This document shows, one piece after another, positions 1-17,319 of a stretch of 64,000 bases of DNA. Where the stretch lies: NCBI RefSeq assembly GCF_009914755.1, contig NC_060936.1, one strand, 5' to 3'. This DNA comes from the human T2T-CHM13v2.0 reference genome, Homo sapiens. The notes beneath the pieces were generated by a model. The model worked only from the letters and a program-made list of their open reading frames with translations, did not search any database and was not told the DNA's origin. The translations under genes were made by a program, and so were the position numbers. Each line of letters opens with the position of its first letter. Within the stretch, counting starts at the first letter, position 1.

Positions 1-189
1 ACTGCTTCTCTACCCCTGCAGGGGGGCTGCTGTCTGTCAGCCTTCCTCAGTCCCATGCCTGCCACAAGCACCTGCCCATGCGAGAGGTTCCAGGCGTCTC
101 TGCCAACCTGACCCCACAGCCAGTGCAGAATGGCCTTCACGCCAGGGAAGCATGACCACAAAGAGGTCAAGTCAGAAAATTATAAGACC

Positions 190-350
190 CGAATTCTAGA
201 CACGTTCTGCCATCATAGGTGTGACCCTAAACAGGTCAGCTCCAGTTTCCTCATTTGCAAAACAAGGATGGCAAAGCATCCACTGCCCCGCACCAGGCTG
301 TTGTGCAGAGGAAGTGGGCTAAGAAGGAAGATATCTCCTTGTAAACTTCC
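190..350 (+). mobile_element. MIR SINE fragment
   Basis: gtgtgacc...ccagtttcctcatttgcaaaacaagg...gttgtgcagagg resembles the MIR core. Confidence 0.6.
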
Positions 351-444
351 ATGCCCTACACAAAGGTTATTGTTCCTTGCTGACATTGTCTTCCCAATTT
401 GTTTCTGAGCTTCTTCAAGACAGGGAGCTGAAATCTTATATGTC

Positions 445-650
445 TCATAACTAATTAGCTTCTACTCAGCGAATCTTTATTAAGCTCCAGGCATTGTGCT
501 CAGCTTTTTATATATTATTTTCTCATTTAATTTTCACTTACAACATTATGGGACGATTATCTTCATTTTCTAGATGAGGAACTAAAATCAGAACTTCTAT
601 CACTGGCCCAAACACGAGTAGTTAGTAAATGGCTGAGCCAGGACTTTTTG
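445..650 (-). mobile_element. MIR SINE
   Basis: ctcatttaattttcac...cattttctagatgaggaact...ggcccaa...agtaaatggctgagccagga, antisense MIR. Confidence 0.7.
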
Positions 651-811
651 TAACTTGATTTTCATAATTTTATTGGTTCAAAATTCATGTACAAAAGTTT
701 ATACAATGAAAAACCTCTCTCCCATCCCTTTCCCCCAGCACGGCCACCTTACCTCAAGGCTACCAGGATACATCAGACGTATCACTCCAAAAATTATTCT
801 TTACATATACA

Positions 812-953
812 TTCTTTCTTTTTCTTTTTGTACAGAAGGGGTCTCACTCTGTCATGATCATAGCTCACTGCAGCCTCAAGCTCCTGGACTCAAGCAATCC
901 TCCCACCTCAGCCTCCCAAGCTGCTGGGACTAAGGCACACACCACCTTGCCCA
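812..953 (-). mobile_element. Alu monomer (FRAM/AluJ right arm)
   Basis: T-rich tail followed by gggtctcactctgtc...gctcactgcagcctc...cctcagcctccc. Confidence 0.85.
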
Positions 954-2149
954 GATCTGCATATACATACTAATATGTATAAATATTTTTTGTATACCCT
1001 TTTACCCCAAATGGTAACATATTATTGTTTTGCACTTTGCTTTTATACTTCATAAATCATTTGAAGTCTGTTTCCCTCTCTTTCTCTACATGTGCAAGAC
1101 TTTGAAACTGGATTTTTAAAGTCCTGTGCTTTTATCAGAGCCCATCGCTGGATGACAGCCTTTAGTTAAGGTGGGTGAAGCTGGGGCCAGGGGATGTTAA
1201 TGCTAGAAGAAGACTTAGAGATCATGGGATCAGCCTCTTCCACTGCAGGTGAACACACGGATGCCTACAGAAGGGAGGTGATCTCATTAAACTACTGCTG
1301 CCAGCACTACCCCCAAGAATAGTTGGGTGAGCCCACAGACGGTGGCAGATCTTGGCAGCCAGCCCAGAGTGCCTCAGCCCAGTGCCCTGGGCCACAGCCT
1401 ATTAGGGAGAACCCCAGGCCTGGCTTCAGTTCCTCTTAACAGAGAGAAATCTGGGTGTGTGCCCTTGGCCCATAGAGACCAAGTTCATGTTGAGAGGCAC
1501 CTGAGCCTCGGCTCCAGCTTCTCCCCTGGCCTCCCATTTGTGAAGGTAAAGTTCCCATAAAGCCAGTCCAGGGAGAGCAAAAGAGAGCCTCAGAGAACTG
1601 GGGGCTAGTGAGCGAGACTCCGCAGTAGACCCAGGGGTCCACTCCCTTCTCTGGATCTTGATCCTCCAAATTTCCCCCATTTACATGGTAAAAAATTCAT
1701 AGTTATACTTGAAAGGAGCTTCCATAGCATGAAATTCAAAGAAGATTTAAAGTAACCTTTCTTTCTGAAATAGAACTACATTTAGAGAGAACATCCTATA
1801 TAGATTTAACCTTGAGGCTGGAAGATTGAAGGACAGGATTTCCTCTTGGGAAGCCCTGAAGGAGTTCAGGATCTGAGGGATAGATGAGACACCATTTTTC
1901 CAGGATGGTTTAGGGACCATTTTGCTTGAAGATCAGAGATGGCCCGAAACTCAGTGGTTTCGAGACTTTTGCCATTTGGTAGATCAGCAAAACTCGACAC
2001 ACACAACAAATTTGAGGACCAACAAAAGGCTGGCAACTTTGTATTTTGCCAAATAAGGATCTATGTATGGAGAGAGAGAGATAAAGAAATACTATTTGCT
2101 TTCACTGTTGTTTCACAAAGAAAGACGTTTTATTTATGTATGTATATAT

Positions 2150-2461
2150 TTATTTATTTATTATTTTATTTTTTATTTTTGAGACGGAGTCTCGCTGTTG
2201 CCCAGGCTGGAGTGCAGTGGCACGGTCTCGGCTCACTGCAGGCTCCGCCCCCCTGGGGTTCACGCCATTCTCCTGTCTCAGCCTCCGGAGTAGCTGGGAC
2301 TACAGGCGCCCGCCACCACGCCCGGCTAATTTTTTGTATTTTTAGTAGAGACGGAGTTTCACCGTGTTAGCCAGGATAGTCTCGATCTCCTGAACTCGTG
2401 ATCCGCCCGCCTTGGCCTCCCAAAGTGCTGGGATTACAGGCGTGAGCCACCGCGCCTGGCC
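2150..2461 (-). mobile_element. AluY
   Basis: Full dimer, CpG-rich, AluY-type ttcacgccattctc and ccgtgttagccaggat; TSD gtatatatttattt on both sides. Confidence 0.95.
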
Positions 2462-2469
2462 GTATATAT

Positions 2470-3670
<1,201 letters not shown>

Positions 3671-3899
3671 AAGGACATTTTCATAACAAAAAGCAAACTA
3701 TAATCTCAGAATAAAGATATCCTTCAACAAACGTTTTCCACCCACATGCATAGTCTTTATTTTTTCTCAGACCAGCAAATATGTCATTGAGAGCCTTCAG
3801 CGATCTACCATGGCCTCTCATTTAGGAGTGACTGAACTTGAAGATGTCAAGTAGGCACTCTTAACCAATTGTCTATTTTCTTAAATTATTCTTACTCTT

Positions 3900-4408
<509 letters not shown>

Positions 4409-5618
4409 CTAATAAATAGGGAAATTAAGTGCTTATAAAGTGAAAGTTGGGTGGGTTCATATGGATTTTTTCCTAGCAAGGAGAGCTAAAGTAGCAGGAG
4501 TAGAATTCTAACCTTCAACAAGAAAGGGAAAAGCCCTCAACTTGGCTTTTGCTTAGGTAAGAGCCCTTTCAGCTCTATTTTAAGAAAATTGCAAATGCAT
4601 GCCTGCACCTGGGTTTGCTTCCCAGAAAGGCTCATCCTAGGAAGCAGGTTGCACTTCCTCCTATGCCCACCTGGCCCAGAGTCCACTTCCATCTGCACCA
4701 TCTCAGCACCTGCAACCAGCAGTACCACTCTATAGTTTTGTGCAAGTTTTAATATCCCCAGAGGCAACTTTCCAAAGTAGAATTGTTGCCTGGGCTGTCT
4801 AGGTTTTCTCTGAAGGCACCAATTACTGTTTTTATTAGTGCTCTATTACCGAGTTGCATAGATTTCTCAGGCCTGCCCAATCCTATTATTTTTAGCCTGT
4901 TATTTTTAGTGTGCAGTTTTACAGAATACAAAGTTTTTCAGGAATGTATGTATTATGTTACAGCACCTAACCTGTACTAAACCAATAGTGCTTATCTTTA
5001 ACTGAACTAGAGTGTAATCACACCCACAGGATACTAAGCCATAGTTGAAAACAAAAACATAGAGCTACGTGGAAAAATCCCCACTGCAGAGTTAAGTGAA
5101 CAAAAGCAAGCTGAAGCACAATACATACAGTATGATCTTATTCATGCAGTGAAGGGAAATAACCTTTGTAACAATGCTTTTCATTCTCTATGCATAAAGA
5201 CACTGTATTCCATATGTCAGTAAATTAAAGGGAAACCTGGTAACAGCTTCGAGTTTAGTGAGAGAGGGGAGAAGGATCCCAGCAACATTGCCCTTAAATC
5301 CAGGTCAATGATGTCCTACTCTGGTCCCCTCTGGATCCTTCCCTTGGGACAAAAAGTTCTGCATTTAGTGGCACTTCCCTTTCCAGATCACAGTCCCTGG
5401 AAACTGGGACGCCAGAATTCTCTTGCGAGAGACTCCCGAGCCTGCTACATTTCTGGATCCATTTTCCTGACAATTGTTGCCTTTGTGCGCACCCTTAGGT
5501 CCAGGGAAGGGGCAGCGGGAAGAGAAGATGGGAAAGCAAGAGACCTCCACTGGTCCTGTTTTACAGGCAGGCCTGGTTACCAGGAGATAGAGTAGGTGCT
5601 GTCTGATCCTGCAGGAGG

Positions 5619-5921
5619 TTTTTTTTGTTTGTTTGTTTTTAGACAGGGTATTCCTCTGTCACCCAGACCGGAGTGCAGTGGCGCGATCTGAGCTCACTGC
5701 AACCTCCACCTACCGGGTTCAAGTGATTCTCCTGCCTCAGCCTCCCGAGTAGCTGGGATTAGAGGTGCCTGCCATCATGCCCGGCTAATTTTTGTACTTT
5801 TAGTAGAGACAGGGTTTCACCATGTTGGCCAGGCTGGTCTTGGACTCCTCACCTCAGGTGATGCACCCGCCTCAGCCTCCTAAAGTGCTGGGATTACAGG
5901 TGTGAGCCACTGCGCCCGGCC
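5619..5921 (-). mobile_element. AluSx/Sz
   Basis: Full Alu dimer in antisense. Confidence 0.95.
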
Positions 5922-6795
5922 TGGTCCTATGGGACTTTATGTGTAAGGTCCAAGTTTTACAGGGAGAATCAGTTTTACGTTGTTTAGATACTTAACAATT
6001 AATTAAAACATAACAAAAAATTGCGATACTTTCTACTCATCTGGAAACTGGAACTAACAGGGTCTTTCATGATAATTCTTGATTATGGTTCCTGAGTTCG
6101 ATGGGGAAAGAAATGGGGAAAATTAAGACATAGAGGGTGACAGGTGTCAGTGACTTCCTACTTTTAAAGAAAGCAGGCTTACTGTGATGGCTGCAGAGGG
6201 CTATGGGGTGAGAGTGGAATTCCCCAGAAGCAAAAGCCATAGCAATTAGTAGAATTTCCACCCCACTTCCACCCACTGTCTCACGTCCAGCCCATGGCCT
6301 GGCCCCAAGAAGCACCCAGGAAACAGTCCTGAGCAGGCCTTGTATCACACACTTCAGGGCAGTTGGTCAAATCTGTCATCAGAGGCGCCACAGACCAGGG
6401 GATTTCCTGTGGGTGGAGTCCTCAGCAAGGTCTTGGCGCTATTCTGGGGTGTTCCCCAGCTCCCCCACACTGATTCCAGGAAGCCTGCCTGGGATTATCA
6501 GAACTTTGCTATCTTGTCCTCAGCTGCTTTCAACAAAACTGGGTGGGGGCTGGGGATAGGCCACCTGGTGAATGAGCCAAAGGAGAACAGAACCAGGAAG
6601 CAGCAGGCCAGCCATCTAGGTGTGTCTACTTATGAGCTTGGGCAAGCCATTTAACTCTGCGCCCCGCCGGTCCCCCTGCTACCTATAAAATTGGGATAAT
6701 ATTCTATCTCAGGGCAACTTCAGAAGGCTGTTGTGAAAATTAAATGAGATAAACAATCGATCTGATTTTTAAAAAAGACCAAAGACTTTGCATAG

Positions 6796-6927
6796 GCTGG
6801 GTGTGGTGATTCACCTGTAGTCCCAGCGCTTTGGGAGGCTGAGGCGGGAGGGTTGCTTGAGCCCAGGAGTTTGAGACCAGCCTGGGCAACATAGCAAGAC
6901 ACCGCCTCTAAAAAAAAAAAAAAAAAG
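6796..6927 (+). mobile_element. FLAM_C Alu monomer
   Basis: Single left-arm monomer with A-tail. Confidence 0.9.
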
Positions 6928-7193
6928 ACTGAATATATCTCACCAAAGAAGATACACAGATGGCAAATAAGCACATGAAAAGATGTTCAACATCATATGT
7001 CATCAGGGAAATGCAAATTAATACAATGATAAGACATCATTACACGCTATTAGAATGGCCAGCTCCAGAACATAGAAAACACCAAATGCTGGACAGAATG
7101 TGAAGCAACAGGAACTTTCATTCATTGCTAGCAGGGATGCAAAATGGTACAGTCACTTTGGAAGACAAGTTTGGCAGTTTTTCACAAAACTAA

Positions 7194-7588
<395 letters not shown>

Positions 7589-8267
7589 CAGCAGCTTTAT
7601 TCTTAATTGCCAAACCTTGGAAATAACCAAGATATCCTTCAGCAGGTGAATGGAGCAACCAACAATGGTGCATCCACATAATGGAGTATTATTCAACTCT
7701 GAAAAGAAATGAGCTGTCAAACCACGAAAAGACAGGAAGGAACCTCAAATGCATGCTGTGAAATGAAAGAAGCTAATCTGAAAGTTTACATACTGTATGG
7801 TTCCAGCTGTAGGACATTCAGGAAAAGGCAAAACTACAGTTAAAAGATTTTCTGGGGATTTGTGGGGAGGGGTGAGAGATGAATAGAGGGCATAGGGGAT
7901 TTTGAAGGCAGTGAAACTATGCCGTTAGATACTGTAATGGTGTATATGTCACCATACATTTGTCAAAAATCATAAAATGAACAACAGGAGTGAACCCTGA
8001 TGTAAACCACCGATTTTAGTTAACAATAATGCAGCAATATTAGCTCATCAATTATAAGAAATGTGCCAAACCAGTGCAAGATGTTAATAATAGGGGAAAT
8101 TGGGAGGGATGGCATATGGGAACTCTCTGTACTTTCCACTCAATTTTTCTGTAAATCTAAAACTGATTAAAAATTTTGTCAATTAATTTTTTTAAATACT
8201 TCTACCTTCTTGGGTAATTACTTAACCTTTCTAGATCTTCATTTCAATTTCCTTAGCTATGAAATGA

Positions 8268-8665
<398 letters not shown>

Positions 8666-10400
8666 TGACTTTTTTTTGAGTACAGTCTTCCCTCCTTTTT
8701 TGTGAGTTGTTCCTTGTTTGGGTTTTCCGATGCCTTTTCACGATCAGGTCAGGGTGTTCTGAGTGTCTGGGTAGAGTTAGGTTCCTTCAGTGGCCGCAGT
8801 CTGGCCTTTCTCTGGTGGAAATGAGTGCGGTTTCTTTTGTACTTTGTAAGCGCTGGTGGCCAAGTCTCTCATAAACCTCACCTTAAAAGCATCCAAACAG
8901 CTAACGAGTTGAACCCAAGAGAGTAACGCTTTGTCAGCTCCACACTCAACAAATCCCTAGCTCTTGGAGCAGTTCTGACTATCAAAACTGTATTCCCAAA
9001 CCCTTATAGGAGTACTGCCAACCATAGGAGAGACCCAGAGGATGTCAGAGAAAGACATTGATCAAGAAAATCATTTCCATTCTGCCAGGATGCCAGTTAG
9101 ACTGGGTTCTGGAGTCTCCCTAAACCCAGTAAGGTCAGAGCTCCCCTTGAGATTACTTTGCCGTTATGCAAGTGCGTGTTGGGAGGTGTGGGGAGGTCTG
9201 CACATATGGTTTCCTCTCAGTGGCATTTAAGACTTCACCACCTTCAGGCTAACTTTAGCAAATTTCAACAAAGGCAGCTTCAGCCACCAGGACTTCTTGC
9301 TTGAGGTGCCTTTCTTTCTTTTGCAATTAGAATAGTCAAACCTCTTTATATCCATTTCCTTTTGAGCCCCAGGGCAGCATCTTTGGTATCATTCCATTGC
9401 CTTTTGCTGTGGAGGTGCTTAGGCCTGTGAAAACTGTCTCCATGAGAAAGATTTCCCCTTCATCCCCCATTTGCTCCAACTAGGGGATCCCTTTGGCAGA
9501 ATCCTGAACTAAAGCTGTATGTGTGCTTCTGAAATCTGTGGCCCTAGGGGCCTGGTAAGGACCAATCTCTCTGCATTTACTTCTCAAGACACTGTCATAG
9601 ATTTTGAAAAGTGCCAATCCCTTGAATACTATTTATTCTTGTGACATCTTTTTCCGCAATTGTGGAATATTGTTCTAGTGTTTTATTTCTCTTGACTTTC
9701 CCCTATTTCTTTCAGGAAGGCCCAGTTTTGTGTCAGTTTAACCTTTCGTTCAAGTCGGTCCATTTATTTCATATAAAACCAGTTTTATTTTCCAATAATT
9801 GTTTTTTCTTAACATAATCCTCTAGATTTTTTTCTGATGGGATTTCCCATAATGAGAGATATAAAATCATTAATTCTGTGTCTGTTCAAAGCAATCGCTG
9901 TTCAGCCAAGCCTTGCCCATCTTCACCTTGTTGAGCTGGAAACTCCCACCAGGAGGTCTTCCATCTGTCTAGCACTGATCCCAGGCCTGGACTTGTTCTG
10001 TTTTTGTCCTCTCTGGCTACACTTTAATATATCTCGTCTTTCCTGTGCTTGCCTTTAGAGACCAAATTCCATGAATTTCTCAGGTATTCCCTTAGGCACA
10101 GGCATTTCCTGGGTCACAAGAAAGTTCACACAATGATTTTTTTTTCTAGTATTTTACACTGATCTTTCTGGTCTTTCATTCTAAATCTGTCTACACTTTT
10201 GTAAGCACTTTAGTTATCATCCCATTGTGAGACTGAGCAGGATCCGAAGTTTGAATATATTCAAACTTCAGCTTAATTTTAAAACTTCAGATTTTGGACT
10301 TTGATTTTAGATTTTCATATCTTTGATCTCTCACCTCTGAAAGGATTTAAATTTGGGGATTTTGGACTTTAACTGATAAGGGCAAGAGAATTTCATTTTA

Positions 10401-10741
<341 letters not shown>

Positions 10742-10753
10742 GGATTTACTCTT

Positions 10754-11044
10754 GGCCAGGTGAGGTGGCTCATGCCTGTAATCCCAGCACTTTGGGAGGC
10801 GGTGGACGGCAGATCACCGGAGGTCAGGAGTTTGAGACCAGCCTGACCAACATGGTGAAACCCCCTCTCTACTAAAAATACAAATATTAGCCAGGCGTGG
10901 TGGCAGGTGCCTATAATTCCAGCTACTGGGGCTGGAGAATCGCTTGAACCTGGGAGGCAGAGGTGAGCAGTGAGTGGAGATTGTGCCATTGCACTCCAGC
11001 CTGGGTGACAACAGTGAAACTCTGTCTCAAAAAAAAAAAAAAAA
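10754..11044 (+). mobile_element. AluSq/Sx, tandem with the preceding Alu
   Basis: Full dimer; TSD aaaggatttactctt/aaaggatttattctt. Confidence 0.95.
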
Positions 11045-11832
11045 AGGATTTATTCTTTGGAATATTCAGGTGCCATCCCATAGTTTTTACAATGTTCTTA
11101 CTGAGCAGCCCTGCTCTAGGCAGATCTAGGAGGACTTCTCAAATTTTCCTGGATGCTGGCTACTCCTAAAAAAACTCATTCTGTTTTTTTTTTTTTTTTT
11201 TTTTTGAAATCTAGCTTCTCTTCCTCTATTGGACCTCACTGGAATTCAGACACTGTTTCTGTTATAGACTTCTCTGAAATGTGTTCCTCATCTTTATTCC
11301 CCTCTGTAAGAACAATTAGTCTTGGGTTTTTGATAATATAGATCTCTCTACCACAAACTGAGAAGGTGCCATTCTCTCTGTGATGAGAAACGTCGTTCTT
11401 TTTTACTTGTTTTCTTCATAATAAAACCTACTATCCTTTTGTGGGTGAAGCCACAATGTGGGTCCTCAACATTTAGAAAAATAGTTAAGAGTTTATATCA
11501 GTAACAATTCCAGAACCATTTGAAGTCACATGGTGGGCGTTTCTTTTGAAACTGTGGGCAAGTTACAGGAATTAACTTAGTTCTTCTATAGTTCCCTCTC
11601 TCTGCCCTGAAGATAATTTATAGCAACACAAAAGAAGAGCAGAACTTGGGGATAGTTTATCTTATACCACTTAGAGACACCTGCCAGTAACACTCACTGC
11701 TATTCTGAAAAATATGCAGAGCCTCGGTTTAAAGTCCTGACCTCCTGGCTTGAAAACAAGGAACACAGTAAAATTGTGCTGCTCCCTAATACTTAAGAAG
11801 CTTATACTGTATACTGAAATGTTCTCATTCAT

Positions 11833-11980
11833 CTTTTTTTATTTGAGACAGGGTCTTGCTCTGTTGCCCAGGGCTGAGGTGCAATGTTGCAACCATAGCT
11901 CACTGCAGCCTAGAATTCCTGGGCTCAAGCCTCAGCCTCCTGAGTAGCTGGGACTATAGCTGCATGCCACCATACCCAGC
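11833..11980 (-). mobile_element. FRAM/AluJ monomer
   Basis: tttgagacagggtcttgctctgttgcccagg...gtagctgggactatag. Confidence 0.85.
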
Positions 11981-11984
11981 AATA

Positions 11985-12570
<586 letters not shown>

Positions 12571-12576
12571 TTTTTT

Positions 12577-12692
12577 TCACTCCTGTAATCCCAGCACTTT
12601 GGGGGCCAAGGCAGGAAGACTGCTTGAGGCCAAGAGTTTGAGACCAGCCCGGGCAACATAGTGAGACCCCCATCTCCACAAAAACAAAAAAA
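12577..12692 (+). mobile_element. FLAM Alu monomer
   Basis: Monomer flanked by TSD aaaaagataattttttt. Confidence 0.85.
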
Positions 12693-12926
12693 GATAATTT
12701 TTTTTAAAAAGCACAGCAGTCAAAACAAGTTACACAGCATGATGCAAGCACTGCTACCAACTGCCAAGGTCAAAGCCCTGAGTGTCCCAATTGCAAATGC
12801 CTAGCAGCCTACATTCTGGACACATCCAAAGCCTCAATGTACACATGTCATGTGCTTCACAAATGACAGTCATTATGCATTTCTCAGTAGTCTCTGCTCA
12901 TTAATGAGATGTTTGAGTCTAGGGAG

Positions 12927-13378
12927 TGTAATGGGCTGGATGGTGTCTCCCAGAAAAATATGTCCGAACCTCAACCCTGATCTTATTTGGAAATAGGTTC
13001 CTTGTAGATGTGATTAAGTTAAGGATCTCCAGATAAGATCTTCCTAGATTTGCAATGCACCCTAAAATCCAACAGCTGATGTCACAAGAAAAAGGAGAAG
13101 GAGATTTGAGACACACAGACACAGAGGAAGAGACACAAGGAAGAAGGCCATGGGAAGACTGAGGCAGAGATTGGAGTGATGCTGCCACAAACCGGAGAAC
13201 AACAGAAGCCACCAAGAGAAACTGGAAGATGCAAGGAAGGAGCCCTCAGAGGGAGTGTGGCCCTGCTTACACTTCAGTTTCAGACTTCTGGCCTCCACAT
13301 CTGTGAAAGAATACACTTCTGCTGTTAAAGTCAATCATTTTGTAGTAATTTGTTATGGTAACCCTAGAAAACTAATGT
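12927..13378 (+). mobile_element. MaLR solo LTR (MLT1B/C-like)
   Basis: cttatttggaaatagg, gaagactgaggcagagattggagtgatg, cagacttctggcctcca, gtaatttgttatgg..aactaat. Confidence 0.85.
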
Positions 13379-13872
13379 GGGGACTAAATATATAAAACCC
13401 CCTTTTCCTGCTCTAGCTCTTAATAGAGATCTAAATACCAGATTCAGACAGATGCATATCAAAATTCTACCTTGATAACTGATGCAGACATATTAGATGC
13501 CACAATTTAAATCATGCCACATAAGCTTACTAATAACTGACTGAGAACTGAATTGACTCATTCGGGCTACAGACCTTCCTAGCAGATGTTAGAATCTGCT
13601 CTGAAATGCTACTGCTTGGTAAGAATAGATAAGATCACATTTTCTCCAGAAGATGTTCAACATTTGTTTAGAGATGCTAGGTGCTTCCTGGGGGGCATGC
13701 AGTAAAGATGCTATTCATGGCCCTGAACAATTCAGCTCTGGCCCATGCTTGCATACCCCCATTCAACAAGAACTAAATAATTAATGAAGGCATTATTAGT
13801 TATTACCTGAGTACGTCCCTTGGTGTTTTACCTACACAAATACCCATCAAGTAGCTTATCAAAGTATTCTAA

Positions 13873-14242
<370 letters not shown>

Positions 14243-14546
14243 ACCTATTTGTTTTAAAGTTTTTATTTTGGTACATGACATTCATGTTTTAAAACCCCTA
14301 CAGAATGTTGCCCCTCCCAATAGCTTGCCTGGCCTGCCATCTAATCCTGCTCTGCAGTGAAACCCAGTGGAGAGATATTCCATGATCATACGGTCTGTCA
14401 ACCCATAGGACAGAGAACAGGGTGGCCATAGTTTCCTGTCTGGAAGGCTTTCCTTCTGTCATCCTGATGCTCACTTATATTATCAAAGTAGCCAGACCCA
14501 GAAAACAGTTGAGACAAATAGCAGGTGAAGGTCACCTTTGGCCAAA

Positions 14547-14626
14547 TCCCTTACTCCATTCTCCTTACTCCATTCCAAAGCCCCTTACTCCAAAGTCCCT
14601 TACTCCATTCTCCTTACTCCATTCCA
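14547..14626. repeat. Short complex tandem repeat, five copies of ccttactcca
   Basis: Direct reading; includes a 31-nt direct repeat. Confidence 0.9.
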
Positions 14627-15315
14627 CTTTTTCTCTCAGCTAATTGTCAGGGCAACACATCATCCGTTAAACTTACCCCCTTTCGGGTACAGCGTTAGTG
14701 AGGTTGGGGCTTCCCTTTCTGGTTTATACATATTTCTGTTAAGGGCAAAGCTTGGCCTTAGAAATGGGGTAATTTGGCCTATGATGGGAGTTTTCAATTT
14801 AGTGATGCTGTAGAACAAAGGTGGAAGGATGACAATGTTTATGCAATGACCTCTTCCATCTCACTCTTGTGAAAGGTTGTGTAGCTTCTGGGAGACAGTC
14901 CCATGAGACCACAGCCCAGAGAGCCTCACTGGGAATATGGAAGGTGCTGCCTCCATATCCCCCCAGGTGACGAATGCATGGCAAGCCTCCTTGACAAGGT
15001 TGTCAAAAAGGTTCCTTCCTATGAACACATTTCTTTGAATTGAAAAAGGAAGGCAGGCTCTTTCTGACAGAAGTTAAGTCTAACTTGGCTGCTTGGCTAT
15101 CCATTAAATATTTTTCACAAATTGAGTGAAACAAATTTGTACCACTAAGGATTTTATGAAATATATATTTAAAGCAATTGATAAAAGCATGTTAATACAA
15201 AGATATAATTAAAATTAATGAATATTTCTATTTTCCCTAAACCTTTCTGAGAACATCTGGTTAAACAAGCTGCCTTTAAGTGAAAGAGTGACAGGTATAA
15301 TTAAAAGCCATTTAA

Positions 15316-15639
<324 letters not shown>

Positions 15640-15928
15640 TAGTTGAATTGCCAGAAATGGGAAAGAATGACACTATTACCTGAGTAACAAATCATTTGTA
15701 AGTCAAATGACTTTTATTTCTTTGTTTTCAACATACTGAAAAAGGACTCAAGTTATCAGTTGATGTATTATCAACTGACAAAAAAATAGTTTTGATGATA
15801 CATCACCATGTGATTTTTCAGCAAATAATTTGGAAGTAGTTCAAAGAATTGGATGACATTGCCATTGTAAAACTTCTCTTGCCATCTACTTTTAATGTGA
15901 ACAAAGTATCCATAAAAATGAAAAATCA

Positions 15929-16221
15929 GGCCAGTCGCGGTGGCTCACGCCTGTAATCCCAGCACTTTGGGAGGCCAAAGCGGGTGGATCACGAGGTCAG
16001 GAGATCGAGACCATCCTGGCTAACACGGTGAAACCCCGTCTCTACTAAAAATACAAAAAATTAGCTGGGCGTGGTGGCTGGCGCCTGTAGTCCCAGCTAC
16101 TCGGGAGGCTGAGGCAGGAGAAAGGTGTGAACCCAGGAGGCGGAGCTTGCAGTGAGCCGAGACCACCCACTGCACTCCAGCCTGGGCGACAGAGCGAGAC
16201 TCTGTCTCAAAAAAAAAAAAA
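15929..16221 (+). mobile_element. AluY
   Basis: ctggctaacacggtg and ggcggagcttgcag diagnostics; TSD aaaaatcag. Confidence 0.95.
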
Positions 16222-16437
16222 GAAAAATCAGAATGAAATTGATCTTGAATCATGTAAGTAATATTCATCCATGGACATATGGCCTAATTGAAAATACTTT
16301 TGTGGTAAAATTTTATCTTTTATTAAGTAATTATTTATAAAAGTATGAATATTATGTGAAGTCAAAGAAAAATTTATTCCAATATAAACACACATTTTTG
16401 TGGCAGAGAAACATAACAAAATGAATAAAATAAAATA

Positions 16438-16675
16438 TTTTTTCTTTTTTTTTTTTTTGAGACAGGGTCTCACTCTGTCACCCAGGCTGAAGTGCAGTGA
16501 CACAATCACAGTTCACTGCAGCCTTCACCTCCTGGGCACAAGCGATCCTCAGCATCCCGAGTAGCTAGGACTACAGGCATGCGCCACCACGCCTAGCTAA
16601 TTTTTGGATTTTAAAAATAGAGACAGGGTCTCGCCATGTTGCCCAGGCTGGTCTCGAGCTCGTGTTCTCAGGCGA
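16438..16675 (-). mobile_element. AluJ (5'-truncated)
   Basis: AluJ-type sequence; flanked by aaataaaatatttt. Confidence 0.9.
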
Positions 16676-17319
16676 TTGGAAAATAAAATATTTTCAATCC
16701 AAAAAAATATGATTAGATACAATTCTGTGGAGCTGAAGGAGACAAGGCAGCTATGTCAAACCTCCAGCTCTCAAGGGCTTTTACATGCATTTTTTTAAAT
16801 GGATGGTGATCGAGATCAAGTCAGTAGATTCCACTTGAGATATTTCATAGTGAGATAACAGTATATTTTTAAATGTCAATAAAATGTCAATATGGCAAAA
16901 GTCACACCATTTGTAAGTATTTAAACTTATGATAAAGCATTTTAGATGCTTGACGGGTCATTTTCAAAATTATGTTCCAAATTGTCTTAGGGGCATGCGA
17001 AGGCCACCCTTCTGGTCTCCGCAGCTCCGCTCCCCAGGACAGCGGCTTCCTAGGGCTGTCTCTGTGCATCTTCAAGGAGGGCGACTTCTTGGTTCAAGTC
17101 CCAAGCTCACCTCCTTGCTTCCATTCTCAGGTTGGTCCCCAGGGCGTGAGACACACCAACGCTCCCATTCCCTCTAGTTTCTCTCTTTCCCCCACTTTCT
17201 CACTCGTTTCAAGAGAACGTTCCTATCCAGCGAATTTGTCATCATTTTCACTGCCTGGGTAACAACCATCGCAGCTGCCTTTTTTTTTTTTTTTTTTTTT
17301 TCTTGCAGGGAATGGGCCT

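Noticed and set aside
4540-4562. Recursive-splice-like ttttgcttag|gtaaga
   Set aside because: Short pyrimidine tract and no evidence of a host long intron.
14547-14626. CRISPR-like repeat array
   Set aside because: Eukaryotic context, no unique spacers and no cas genes; a simple slippage repeat.
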